A stretch of 64,000 nt of DNA from Podarcis filfolensis (GCA_964270895.1 OZ185446.1), one strand, 5' to 3'; counted from the stretch's first letter, positions 1 through 11,900 are shown. Numbers and translations: made by a program. Notes: a model not told the origin generated them from the letters alone.

Positions 1-1174
1 CTCTTCTCAAGCGGAGGGGTGGAATAACCATCATCACCTTGTGATGAAGGGAGCAGTAAGCAAGGGAGGCCGTCAGGTTTCACGAGCACCAGAGGGAAGG
101 CCTCAAGGAATGTCTTCTGCACTCATGACTACTATGTTTTAGCCCAAACCTTAAACAGTGAATAATAAATCTAAAGTTCTAAAGCCAAGCCAGACCAAAC
201 CCCAGTGCCCTATTGTGTGCCATTCACCCATAATTGAGAAGATTAGCTTCAGACAGGCAGAGAAAAAGTTTCATTTTAGTCCGTCTTCCTCCTGTCCAGA
301 CACCCCCCCACAAACTAGGCTGGGACAAGAGTTAACAAATCAGGCACTCGGAATAAGAACCAAAGAATTTAAAAACCAGGGAGCTGTCTGTGTGAAAAGC
401 AAATCCCAGTAATGATTAGCAATTGTGCTTTTGCCAAAGAAGCTGGGTAGGTTTTTTTTTTGTTTTTTTGTTATGCTATCCTTAATGCAGCTGACAGTTT
501 TTGTAATGCTTCTTAGAGAGAAGGCAGAAGAAATTGCCTGGCATAACTGACATCCTGAGAAAGGAATTAATCTCTCTCCGCACAAAGGCAGAAGTTGACC
601 ATATATACTTTTTTATAATATTTATTTTTCATGGGTTTTTCCTTGTACCCCAACATTTCTATTCTTGTTTTAGTGATGGGTGGAAGATCTTCGCCTTTGT
701 TATGAACTGTCCTTGCATGTCCCAAGATACGCTGGAGACCTCATAGCAAGCATGAGGAGTCTGTGGCTCTCCATGTGATGGTCTTGAACTATCATCATCT
801 TGGACTAGTAGTCCAGTGACATCTGCAGGGTCACTATATTTGGGCTCAGAGAGGCTGTGGGAAATTGCCTTGGAGCAACCAATTCACAACTCTCAAAATG
901 TGCCACGTTGTACTCCAGACCCAGAGTAAAGGAAATCGGCTTCTGTCTTGCGCCTGGCTTTTTCACAAGCTCTGCAGGTGTGCCCCTAAAAATACCACGG
1001 CCACAAATTATTCCCCTGAGGTTCTAATCTCAACACAGAAGAAATACAGTATGGTGCGGGCAGATCTAGAGATCTCTAACATTCTTAGGGCCAGCCCAAT
1101 TACCATGCAAATTATGGGATTTTTGCAGAAGGGGAAAAATGGTAAGATCTTTGATACGGGTTAAGAACATGTCT

Positions 1175-1662
1175 GGCTCCTGAGTTACAGACTGGTGACT
1201 GGGAGTGGCCGCCGAGACCACATAACACCGGTCTTGAAAGACCTACATTGGCTCCCAGTATGTTTCTGAGCCCAATTCAAAGTGTTGGTGCTGACCTTTA
1301 AAGCCCTAAATGGCCTTGGCCCAGTATACCTGAAGGAGCGTCTCTACCCCCATCATTCTACCCGGACACTGAGGTCCAGCGCCAAGGGCCTTCTGGCAGT
1401 TCCCTCCCTGCGAAAAGCAAAGTTACAGGGAACCAGGCAGAGGGCCTTCTTGGTAGTGGTGCCCGCCCTGTGGAACACCCTCCCATCAGATGTCAATGAA
1501 ATACCCAACTATCTGACTTTAAGAAGACATCTGAAGGCAGCCCTGTTTAGGGAAGTTTTTAATGACTGATGTTTTAATGTATTTTTAATCTTTTGTTGGA
1601 AGCTGCCCCGAGTGGCTGGGGAAACCCAGCCAGATGGGCGGGGTATAAATACTATTATTATT
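1175..1662 (+). mobile_element. L2 LINE 3' fragment
   Basis: ORF 1282-1569 resembles the L2 ORF2 C-terminus (LVLTFKALNGLGP.YLKERL...RAF.VV.P.LWN.LP); (TTA)n tail. Confidence 0.9.
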
Positions 1663-2006
1663 AAAGGTAAAGGTACCCTTGACCATTAGGTCCCAGTCGC
1701 GGATGACTCTGGGGTTGCGGCACTCATCTCACTCTATAGGCCGAGGGAGCCGGCGTTTGTCCGCAGACAGCTTCCGGGTCATGTGACCAGCATGACTAAT
1801 CTGCTTCTGGCGAACCAGAGCAGCGCATGGAAACACTGTTTACCTTCCCGTCGAACCTTTTTATCTATTCGCACTTTGACGTGCTTTCGAACTGCTAGGT
1901 TGGCAGGAGCAGGGACCAAGCAACGGGAGCTCACCCCATCGCGGGCATTCAACCCCCCAACCTTCTGATCGGCAAGCCCTAGGCTCTGTGGTTTAGACCC
2001 GCATCC
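1663..2006 (-). mobile_element. Sauria SINE inserted in the L2 tail
   Basis: Reverse complement of the Sauria SINE consensus with (ACCTTT)n tail; TTA tail of the L2 resumes at 2007. Confidence 0.9.
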
Positions 2007-2496
2007 CATTATAATAATTATTATTAATTTATTGTAATTTAACAAATAGCAGGGTTTGGGGAGCCAGGGTTGGATTGATACCGTGGCATGCAGCGAGGGG
2101 GGAATTTAACTCTTCTCATGGCCCCGATTCAGATTGGTCCGTGGCTGCTGTTTTTTGCCCTGGGAAGAAAGCTGCTGTTGGCACTAAGACTCATTACTCC
2201 TGCAATTACATTAAAGGCCACCAGATCCAAGCTTTGCTGAGCACAATAAAACTCAGGGAAACTTCTGGCGAAAGGCTGAGAAATCTGTCACAGCTTGTTA
2301 AGAAGCTGCTTATCAGTGCCAGGCCTAATTAGGGTAACTACAGATCAAGCAATTAAGCTGTGGCGTTCCTCCCACCCACAAGGGATGTACTTTCATAGAG
2401 CAGGTGCCATGTACGGTAGGTGTCTGCAGGTACCATCATTCTTCCTCCCAAAGGAGCACAGGGCGCCAAACAACAGAAGGATAAAGAAATAACAGT

Positions 2497-2634
2497 ATAG
2501 AATCATAGAGCTGGAAGGGACCCTGACGGTCATCTAGTCCAACCCCCAGCAGTGCAGGAATGTGCAGCTGCCCCATACAGGGATTGAACCTGAAACCTTG
2601 GCGTTATCAGCACCATGCACTAACCAACTGAGCC
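2497..2634 (-). mobile_element. tRNA-Ile-headed SINE with CR1 3' tail
   Basis: rc = gctcagttggttagtgcatggtgctgataacgccaaggtttcaggttcaatccctgtatgggg (tRNA-Ile-like), then attcctgcactgctgggggttggactagatgacc...ctctatgattctat (CR1 tail). Confidence 0.85.
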
Positions 2635-3289
2635 GTGCAGTTAAAAACCAACCACTGTACAGATGCAGATTAGGTAATAGCTCCACTAGAATTCTTGTTG
2701 GAAGAGGAGTGTCTTCAGTAGGTACCAAAAAGACAACAGAGACTGTCTGATATTCAAGGGCAGGGATTTCCAAAGGGTAGAGGCCACGCCACTAAAGTCC
2801 CAGTTCCTCTATCGTGCAGAATGGAACTCTTGATAAGGTGGCACCTGCAAATCACGATAACCCAAAATATGTGGCTGCTTTGTTTATTTATTTTGTCAAG
2901 TTGGGTGCGGCAGAAGAGCAAAATCCAACAACATCAACCACCCCATAATAAATAACAATGGCGCTTGAATTTTTGGAGGTTACATTATAATGTTGTGGTT
3001 CCCTGAGCCCCTGGAAGAGGCGCCCATTAGTAAGCTGGCCTCTCAAGCCAATTTTGTTTCAGAGCCTAAAAATAGGGAAGGGAAGCAAGGAATTCTGGTG
3101 GATGGCGGAACACTCTGACCGCTGCGACCCAAAATAAAGGCCAGCGGAAAGTTCCTAATCCACGTTGCGCTCCCTGTCCCTGTTGCGGGTCTTGTTACAT
3201 CTCCGAATACCCTGAAAGGGGAGGAAAAACACAGGCTCAAGATTTTTAATATCGGGGCACAGCAGGTGGTAAAGAGCGCCTGCCTGTTA

Positions 3290-3510
3290 CCTACTGCTGC
3301 CCCAGCTGGGTCTCTTATCTTTGGCCGGTCGGACTGTGCTATAGGTATTGTTTTGGCCGTAATCCCTTCTGCACAGTGTTTGTGTTTTGAAGAAAATCAA
3401 ATTCAGTCTTGCAGGCTTTTGCTCTTGTGCTGCCTCAGCAGAAAGGAAGATAATGGGTGTGTTGGCGCAGGAAGGCTATAAAAGGAGGGGTGAGCAGTCA
3501 GTGACGGTAG
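3290..3510 (+). promoter_or_regulatory. Candidate TATA-box promoter
   Basis: TATAAAAGG at 3477-3485, Inr-like tcagt ~20-25 nt downstream, two WGATAA motifs (tcttatct, agataa) and E-boxes (caggtg, cagctg) upstream. Confidence 0.35.
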
Positions 3511-4506
3511 GAGGCTCCAGAGAAAGGTGTAACTCTTTGCTTTTTTTCCTCTTGGGACCGTTCAGTCCTCTTCCTGCCTAAGGAAGGGTCCAGGAAGGAC
3601 AGAAAAAGGTTTGAAGCAGGAGTGGGAGTTATGAAGTGCCTGGCAGTCTCAATTTGAAAGTGTGCAGAAAGCTTACATAGAATGATATTGTTGAAAGTAA
3701 TCAACATTATAAGCAGACTTGGAATCTTACTGTGAACACACCATTTGGGTTGTTATATTGCAGAATTTGCCATGGGAAATCTCAATTCATCCTCATCAAT
3801 GAGATTTCCCATGAAGATGATTGTGGCAAGTTTTACTGCATACCCATTGACGCATCAACTGTGCACCTGATTTGTACCCCTCAAGTCTTTCCCCCAAGAC
3901 TCCTGGTTTTATAAGAAAGGCAGATCTGTAGTGTGGGTGTGTCCTTCAGTTCTTAATAGATCCCAGACGGCTTGTCCATTGGTATGTGGCCTCATGGGGC
4001 ATGGAAGCTGTGAATTATTGAATTCAGGGTGGCTGAGATGGCTGAAAATGGCTGAGGCTTACCAGTCACAAAATGGCGGCAGGTGGAAGGAGAGTTTGGC
4101 ATTTACTGACATTGTTTCCTTCCGACACTGAACCCATTTTTGGAAATTGCTGAATTCTCTGTCACAGTGTTTTCTTTGTGGTGAGGTTCCGTAGCTTAGC
4201 TTTTCTGACACGAAGTACAGGAATTTGCTCCAGAGGTATTGTGGCAGCCTCCCTGTTTTAGGCAGAATTTGCTGATCCAGACTCTCCAAGCAATGAAGGC
4301 CTTTCCTTTTTAATTTGCCCCTACCCACACCAGTCCCTGTTAATTCTTCTCCCAGTTCCTTTCACATCCAACTTGGACCTTCTTCCCCTGCCTCCAACCT
4401 GCAAGGTCCTCTAATCCTCCTCTCAGGTCCTTTTCATTCACTTCTTCCTGCTGCAACGGCTCTCCTCTCTTCTCCCCTTCCTTTATATTCCCAGTTTGTT
4501 TTGTAA

Positions 4507-4713
4507 TAGGATTGCCATATTTCAACAAGTGAAAGTCCAGACACAAAAGTTGTTGAGCTTTCTGAGCTATTTTTAATGACACTCGCCAGAATCTACACTT
4601 CCGACGTGGGCTGCTATATGTCCGGATATTTTCCCGGAAATCTCAGTGATTTCCGCCTGGAGATTGCTAACAAGGACCGAATATCAGAAAATTCCAGACA
4701 TATGACAGCACCT
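4507..4713. mobile_element. Degenerate hAT(Tip100)-like non-autonomous element
   Basis: Termini taggattgccatat / atatgacagc resemble TAGGGTTGCCATAT-type TIRs; no clear TSD. Confidence 0.4.
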
Positions 4714-5944
4714 CCTCTGGCCACCCCCTCCTCCCCAGAAGGGAGACCTTCAATTGCTCATGCACCCCACCTCCCAAAAAACTTATTTACTCAACCTTTA
4801 CTTAAAATGCCAGAAGCTGCTGGTGTTGGCATTGGTTGAACTGGGGTGGCTATAGGGCAGGGCAGGCAAGGAAGGAGGCACTGGGCAGGCTGTAGCAAAT
4901 GAGACCCACCTAAAAGTGGTCCTTTGTGGGATATCTTTGGAAGAAGAAAAGGCTACACAAATCCAGAGTGGAGTCCCTAAGATGGTTGGATAATGCTTTG
5001 TATGCCTCCTTCTGGCAACTCCTGCAGCCAAGCTGGTGCCAAACACATTGCTCTGCTTTCCTTTGGACCACATCAGTGAGGCTGAGAGCTGGGTCTTGTT
5101 GTCTGGGTGGCCCAGGACCTCCATACTTGCTGCCCAAGCTTGTACCTCCACTTAGGGGCTGCCAATATAGCGGCTTAACTCCACCCCCAGAGGTGCACTC
5201 CATTGTCTCTTGAGACAGATGCCAACAACAAAAGTGGTCGAAGGCCCAGAGTTGAGAAACTCTGCTTTAATCCACACATACTATCTCCCACCTCATTCCA
5301 AGTAGCGAAGAAACAAACATGCTGAAGCAGAGAATGTGGATTGGAGCAATACTTCCTGTTTGTGTCTCTTTAAGATGCAGGTTTTAATATTTAATACACC
5401 AGTCACACTCTTCTGATTTGAGTACCAGAGACGTGCCATGTCTTCATTGCTGGCTGCCGAGAAAACATTGGTTTCCTCCCCGCACAAAAGCATATTGCTC
5501 TCATTTTAAAATTGCAACGCGTTCCCCATTTTGCCAGACAGCCCAAAGGTTTGACAACTTACCCAACAGAATCCTGCCTCTTGATTAGCTCCGATCATAA
5601 ATCCTCCTTTGCTCCTATCACAACAAGCAGCTTTCTAAGCTGGGCTAGTGATGCGTTTAATTCCTCTTTTCAAAGCAGGTAATCTGCGGTTCATAACTGG
5701 TTGAAAAGCCAAGAAGAAGAAAAAGACTGCTCTTCATCCAGATGAGAGCAGGACTGTGTGCACTGTGAAGAGAGACTTGGCAAAAGCTACAGCCTCCGCC
5801 ACCCTTTTGACTGCAGTTTGGGGGTGTTCCTGGGTTCAGCGCTGTCGCTTGAGGCTTAGGTGGCCTCGGTGGCCAAAGACCGCCTTTTTCCAGCTACAGC
5901 TGGTTCACCAGGTATGACCCCTTTTGGGCAGAGATGACTTGGCC

Positions 5945-6418
5945 ACCATACTCTGGAAACTTCCAGATTGGGTTACTGTAATACACTGTTTGTGGGACTG
6001 CCCTTGAATACGGTTTAGAAATGTACGTTGGTCCAAAATGCAGCATGCTGGGGCTACATTCAGATCTTGTATAACCCCCATTTTAAAACAGGTCGCCAGT
6101 TTGTTGCCAGGACCAATTAAAGGTGCTCATGTTAGTGTTTAAAGCCCTAAACGACTCAGGCCCCAGATATCTGAAAGATTGCCTCTTTCCTTACAGACCC
6201 TCTTAGTTGCTGAGATTGGTGGATGGGAACCTCTTAGAAGTTCCTCTGCCCTCAGAGGTTGGGGGGGGGCAGGGGAAGAGGGCCTTCTCTGTGGTGGCCC
6301 CTAAGCTCTGGAATTCCCTCCCCACAGACGTGTGTCTCTTGCGTTGTATGTTGTTTTAAATTGCTTTTAGTATTGTGTTTTAATGCTGTAACCCACCCTT
6401 AGTGTGAAGGGTGGGTAA
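5945..6418 (+). mobile_element. Old L2 LINE 3' fragment
   Basis: Degenerate homology to the L2 at 1175 (tttaaagccctaaa, agggccttctctgtggtggcccct, ctctggaattccctccc). Confidence 0.75.
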
Positions 6419-6696
6419 TTCCATGGGTGCCCAAATCCCAAAAGGGTTGGAGCCTGTCTGATACTCACCAGAACAGATTTCTTTATAAACTGGGGCTGCT
6501 AAAGACCTCAGCGGCATGCTGCATTCTAAGAAGGGACTTCCCGAATGACTGCAGTGTCCAAACTGGTATATAGGGGTTAACACGATCCCTCTCACACACT
6601 CTAAGTGGTGGTGAAGCTCCCTCACATTCATTTCTTCTGGAGAAGGGAGAGTTAGACCGGACAGGCCTGGGATAAATACTGCTGGAGAGCAGATAC

Positions 6697-7218
6697 TGTC
6701 ATGGACTGGCTGGTTGCAGAGAAGTGGTGGGAGGCAACAGCTGGAGCACCCCCAAGGGAAAAAGCCTCAGAGCCCAGGGATTGGTGGTGGGACAACAATG
6801 AGTGGTCAGAGGGAGAACAGGGAGCGGACTGGGAGCCGGAGGTGTCAGAAGATGAAGAGGCAACAGGGTTTAGTGAGCAGGAAGATTCTGCAGCAGAGAG
6901 CAGTCCTGAATCAGGGGCAGAAGCAGAGGCTGGGGAGGAGGGGGAAGAAGAGGCAGAGATGAAGCAGGCTGTTGAAGAAGCCAAGGGGTCTCCACCATCT
7001 GCTAAGATCAGCTCCCCTACCCCTTGGTCTCCCAGAACCAGAAGAGGTATGAAGAGGGTGGAACAATGGCAAACAAGGTGTTGGAGTCTCAGATTGCTTG
7101 GGATAGACCTGGGGGAGAGGGACTAGGCCTGGCCTCCTGAGCAGTTTAGTTTCTTTGAATAAAGAGTTAACTTCAGTGTGAATTATTTCTGACCTGCTTC
7201 TGAGGCACGGCTCTGTCA
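6697..7218 (+). mobile_element. Solo LTR carrying an acidic ORF (copy 1)
   Basis: TGTCA..TGTCA ends (TG..CA), flanks gatac/gataa (5-bp TSD with 1 mismatch), AATAAA 7158-63; homologous to 38678-39796. Confidence 0.8.
6701..7126 (+). CDS. LTR-borne acidic Trp-rich ORF, 141 aa, function unknown
   Basis: ATG at nt 5 of the LTR, open for 141 codons; 43/72 identical residues without gaps to ORF 38682-39074. Expression is not shown. Confidence 0.45.
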   Translation: MDWLVAEKWWEATAGAPPREKASEPRDWWWDNNEWSEGEQGADWEPEVSEDEEATGFSEQEDSAAESSPESGAEAEAGEEGEEEAEMKQAVEEAKGSPPSAKISSPTPWSPRTRRGMKRVEQWQTRCWSLRLLGIDLGERD

Positions 7219-7575
7219 GATAATGGTCAGCTGGGCAGTTTTGTACACTCATGATCTCTGTAGCACCTTCCCTCCCCCTCCCCCACTCTCCAATCTGTGC
7301 ACGGCGGCTGACACCCATCTTTCTAAGCCAGGTAGCCAGAAGAGCACCAGCATTTTAGCTCTGACCCTGGTGCTGACCGGGATGATCTTCAGGCCTGGTG
7401 CAGATCTGCCAGTTTCACAATTCAGTCTCTGATCTCTCTGTTTAACAGCTAACGCCCACCAGCCATCAGGTTGAGGATCATTATCATGCTCTTGCTTGTT
7501 TTGCAATTTGGGGAGTGGAAAATAAACAATGGGGGGGAAAGATCCAGCTCGTGGTGTTGCTCTTAGCACCACTGG

Positions 7576-7650
7576 TGTTATCTGAACTCTTAGAATAACA
7601 CAGGAGCGCAAGCTGGTTGCGGAAGCAAATCCTTTGCTTTATTATGATTG
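7576..7650 (-). mobile_element. LTR 3'-end fragment
   Basis: rc ends ...aataaagcaaaggatttgc...gagttcagataaca: polyA signal ~65 nt from a TAACA terminus. Confidence 0.45.
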
Positions 7651-8344
7651 AAATCCTTCTCTTCTCTCTCTCTCTTTCCCCCCTGTATACTTCCTCCTGA
7701 CTCATACCATTATTTTTGTGCTTTCAGATATGGGCCGCAAGTCTTCAGGGCAGGGGGCTGTTGCCTTGTCAATAAAGCACCTTCCTTTCTACAACCTCTG
7801 GGCTGGCTTGACATGAGCTCCTCTTGTTGTCAAGAGAACATACGTAGGAATAGCCCTGGGGCGGCAGCAGGGGGGATAATTTTCTATGTTTTTAAGTTAA
7901 GCCATCCTCCGGTGAGGGCAGCTGAAAAGCTCTAGGTCAAAATAGTTCTGTTTGGGATTAGAACAGCACTTGGGTCAGTGTGCAACTTGAATCAACACCT
8001 TATGGAACAATAATAACATCAGTGTAGCACAATAGCATTACAAAAATTGCTCAGGCTTCTAATAATAAATAAATAGCCCCAGGAACTTAACAAAACATAT
8101 GCAATGAACATTCTATTCTATTGTCTGAAATTACATGACAGCATTTAAATAGTGCTTGAGTAGCAATGTTTGAAGTATTCAGTGTGCATTGTCTCAATAA
8201 TCCTTACCACAACCCTTAAAGGGTTAGGGGAGATAAATTTCTCTCTCTTGTAATACTAGAAGTTGGGATCGCCCAGTGAAATTGATTGGAAAGACAAAAT
8301 TAAATTCTTCATGCAGCACATAATAACTTTTGGAACCTATTGCC

Positions 8345-8648
8345 ACAGAAGGTCGGCAGTTCAAATCCCTGCGACGGGGTGAGCTCCTGTTGTTCGGTCC
8401 CTGCTCCTGCCCACCTAGCAGTTTGATAGCATGTCAAAGTGCAAGTAGATAAATAGATACCACTCCAGCGGGAAGGTAAATGGCGTTTCCGTGCGCTGCT
8501 CTGGTTCGCCAGAAGTAGCTTAGTCATGCTGGCCACATGAACCGGAAGCTGTACGCCGGCTCCCTCGGCCTGTAAAGCGAGATGAGCGCCACAACCCCAG
8601 AGTCGTCTGTGACTGAACCTAATGGTCAGGGCTCCCTTTACCTTTACC
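8345..8648 (+). mobile_element. Sauria SINE (5'-truncated)
   Basis: Consensus body, tttacctttacc tail. Confidence 0.9.
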
Positions 8649-9750
8649 TAGCCATGACAGCTTAATTAGAAGTCCAGATTCAGAGGGAATATTCCTCTAA
8701 ACACCAGCTGCCTGGGCTGGAGGGAGATTTACAAGGCAGAACTCTTGCCTTCATCTCCTGTTTGTTGTCTTCCCAGAGGCAATTGACTGTCCGCCTTTGG
8801 AAACTGTGCACTGGGCTAGATGGGTCTTTAGTCTGGCCCAACAGGGCCTTTTTCATGTCTGCACATAAGCATACTTAGATCTATAGCCTTAGTGTAATTA
8901 TTTCCCCAGTGTTCTAGTTTCCACACTCTTGGAACTTTTTACATAGGAGGGTGAAAACCAAACAGTCTATCTGCATTCTGAAATAATAATTCTGAATTCA
9001 CCTCATTCGGCATAACATGTGGAATGGCTTTTTCAGTACCACCAAAGGTGTGCTTGCATTACTGCCTTAGAATGCAGTGAGATGCGTTTCACAGTTTTTT
9101 CTCCCCTAGCTGTTCACATCAGCGTGGCATCAGTCAGATTCTGTTGGGCAAGATGGCTTTATCCGATTCCAAGGTATTTATACCGTGGCTGCTTCCAAGC
9201 CTCTCTCGTGGTTTACTTCTCCAGGCTTACTCAGTAGCAAACCCCACTGGGTTTCTCGGTGCAGGCAGTCTAGGTTGACCTTTGGCGTATGATTGGAGTT
9301 AAATCTGTTGAGGGTTTGGACTGCATGGTCTCTCAGATGCCTCTTAGCTATCGCAGTTCTGTGATGCTTTCAGATCAGCTCATAAGAAAGAAAGAAAATG
9401 CTTGAAATAGAGATGGATATTTTCTTCCCAGGCTTTGAAGGATGGTTTGGGCCTTTGCTGCCCTTGAAAACTAAACCCAGAGACAGGGCAAATGTGCAAC
9501 TCTGTCTGCCAAAAACATAAAATAAAATATGCACCTCTTGCCAAAACCGCTTAGACCGACCTTTGAGCAACCTCTCCTAGGTTCACACACTGCAGTAACA
9601 GTGGGGTGGAAAATTGGAATGACCAAATACCCACACCAACACCTTTATAATCCTGTTAGAAGGAACAGCCCTTTTATTCCCAAGCTTTGGCTGACCCTAG
9701 CCTGTTCGTTCTCATGGCCCTAGCAGTCTGCTTGTTTCAAACATTTCGGC

Positions 9751-10002
9751 CAGGGGTGTAGCCCTGGGCACATATTTTTGAGGGGGCATGAGGCAGGCAC
9801 CCCTACCCCTCCGGCGTGGCCGGGCCCAGAATTCGTCTCTCAGCATCAGAGGCAGCAGTGTGCCCCTTTTTGGCTCTGGTGTGGGGCAGAGTCAGTGGTG
9901 AAGGCCAGGGTGCTGTGATGGACTCATTCACCCTCCACCCCTTGCCCCCCCCAGCGCCTGTGCACACTTGCCCAGGTGTCGTGAGCTCACGCAGTGCCAC
10001 TG
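9751..10002. mobile_element. hAT-like non-autonomous DNA element
   Basis: caggggtgtagc..gcagtgccactg termini; 8-bp flanks atttcggc/ctttcaac partly match. Confidence 0.5.
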
Positions 10003-10211
10003 CTTTCAACCATTTGCGTTAGGAAGCGTACAGCGTTAGGTTTCCTCTTTCTCTGTTCTGAGATACATTCTGCAGTTTTGAAAGGTTCAGCCTGCCATCT
10101 TGATTCAAAATATTGTCCAGTTGTATCCAAACATAAAGCCTGCTCCTTGATCTCAGGAACAATCATGCAAAAATTGGTTATGATCTTTTAAGAGGGGTCC
10201 AGATGCACAGC

Positions 10212-10354
10212 NNNNNNNNNNNNNNNNNNNNNNNNNNNNNNNNNNNNNNNNNNNNNNNNNNNNNNNNNNNNNNNNNNNNNNNNNNNNNNNNNNNNNNNNN
10301 NNNNNNNNNNNNNNNNNNNNNNNNNNNNNNNNNNNNNNNNNNNNNNNNNNNNNN
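10212..10354. other. Assembly gap (143 N)
   Basis: Run of N, adjacent to the (AT)n tail of an RTE element. Confidence 0.99.
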
Positions 10355-10557
10355 ATATATATATTCTTTGGCGATCACTCGTAGCCGAGTAAGATTGTCT
10401 TCCATAAACATGGTTTTAACAATGAGTCCGTAAGTGACTGTGGAGGCCAATTCTGGATCCACACGTCCTTCCACAGTGGGGACATTGGTTCCCGGGTGTG
10501 GATTTGCCAAGCGTGCCTTCCTCTTAGCACGTTTCTCCCTTGCGTCCTCTATCCACA
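10355..10557 (-). mobile_element. RTE-clade LINE 3' end
   Basis: rc encodes CPHCGRTCGSRIGLHSHLRTH, an RTE C-terminal zinc-finger-like motif; (AT)n tail at 10355-64. Confidence 0.8.
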
Positions 10558-11699
10558 CAACAGTGTCTGGATGTCTATTACATACTTATCTACATAGGTG
10601 ACGTACCCTTTTAATATGTAAGCAAAACCGGTATTTAAATATCTGGCCCCTTCAGTCTTCCCTCACTCAAATACCACATACGTTTTGTTGTTGTTTGTTC
10701 ATCCAGGACATAGCCCAGCTACAAATAAGCATTGTTAAGTTGAACTGACTTCTGTGGGGAATACGCAGACTGGAATTACATGTCTGAGCCACTGCGCAGC
10801 AACGACCAAAAGCAAAAGCTCTGCACTGCCTTCACCTCTCTGTTAAATTTAGTAAGGCAAACACAGGATGTGAGGTCGCCATGTTGCAAGTTTCCTCCAC
10901 CTCCCATATAGCAGGCAATGAAGTGGAGCTTGGGGAGACAAAGGTGTCTGTTGATGTGCCTTAACTATTACATACCCATCAACTGCACCGCCCTGATCTC
11001 GGGTTGTACTTTCTTCAGGCATGGTGCCCCAAAACACGCATGTTGGGATGTCGGCCAAGATTGCTGCTCTGGAAAAAAGCTTACAGTGGGGTCCAACAAA
11101 TTTGTCTTTCCATCTCAGTGCTTCCCTCCCCAAATTTGTACTGTAACGTTGTCCTGTCTAACAGACTTATTGAAAGAATTCCTGAAGAAAATCATGCGGC
11201 ACACTTTGAATACTACTCAAAACATATATGGAGACATTAGGATGTCTTTGTAAACTGCACAGTTCCTTAATGATGTAACTAATATGCAATTTTTTATATA
11301 TAAAAAACAGCACTTGAAAGCACCCTTAATATAGAGTAATTGTGGAAGGAGTTTTATATTTTACCTCTGCATTACAAGGTCGCTTTTAAAAGCCTGAACG
11401 TTGTGAGGAGTGTGTCACATTATGGGAACCTTGATATTTAAGCCATTTGTCCTTAAACCTCCATTTAAAAAATATTGGACTGTGCCGTTGCAAATACATT
11501 GAGTGTGGTTTTGCACATGCATGTGGAGACTCCGTCCAGGGTGCTTCAGCTGCTCAGGTTTCCAAGAAGCGACTTAACTTGCCTGTCAGGAAACTGACGG
11601 CACCTCATTCCTCGTGAGCTGGCTTGTTGCTTCTGTCCTGGAGGGGGCTGGACACGGCTGAGGTTATCAGCAGGCAGCCCTACTAAAGAGACCTAGGCG

Positions 11700-11900
11700 A
11701 CATGAATCAAAATAGTTGAGTGATGTCATAATGGGAATGTGCTCTGGCCAATTGGTGCCAGGAATTGTCTGCTCTGGGGTGGTTTCCTTTTACAGTCTTT
11801 TTTAAAGAGACATCACGCCGAACTGCACATGGCAATTACCTCCCAGGGATCTCGTGCCTACTTAGCATGTTCAGTGTTTTATTTAAAAAGAGGCAAACGG
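11700..11900 (+). promoter_or_regulatory. Candidate proximal promoter of the 3B-type exon
   Basis: CRE-like tgatgtca, ccaattgg (CCAAT) and TATA-like ttatttaaaaag (~11880), in a ~3 kb block (about 10560-13730) with no recognisable TE. Confidence 0.4.

Noticed and set aside
1779-2045. ORFs of the MTSMT..LLANQSSA type (also 8309, 50511, 55110, 59895)
   Set aside because: Translations of Sauria SINE copies, not genes.
7700-7816. Strong acceptor at 7727 with a short in-frame ORF and AATAAA at 7771
   Set aside because: The AATAAA lies before the stop, the region abuts an LTR fragment, and there is no good donor or homology, so no coherent exon model.
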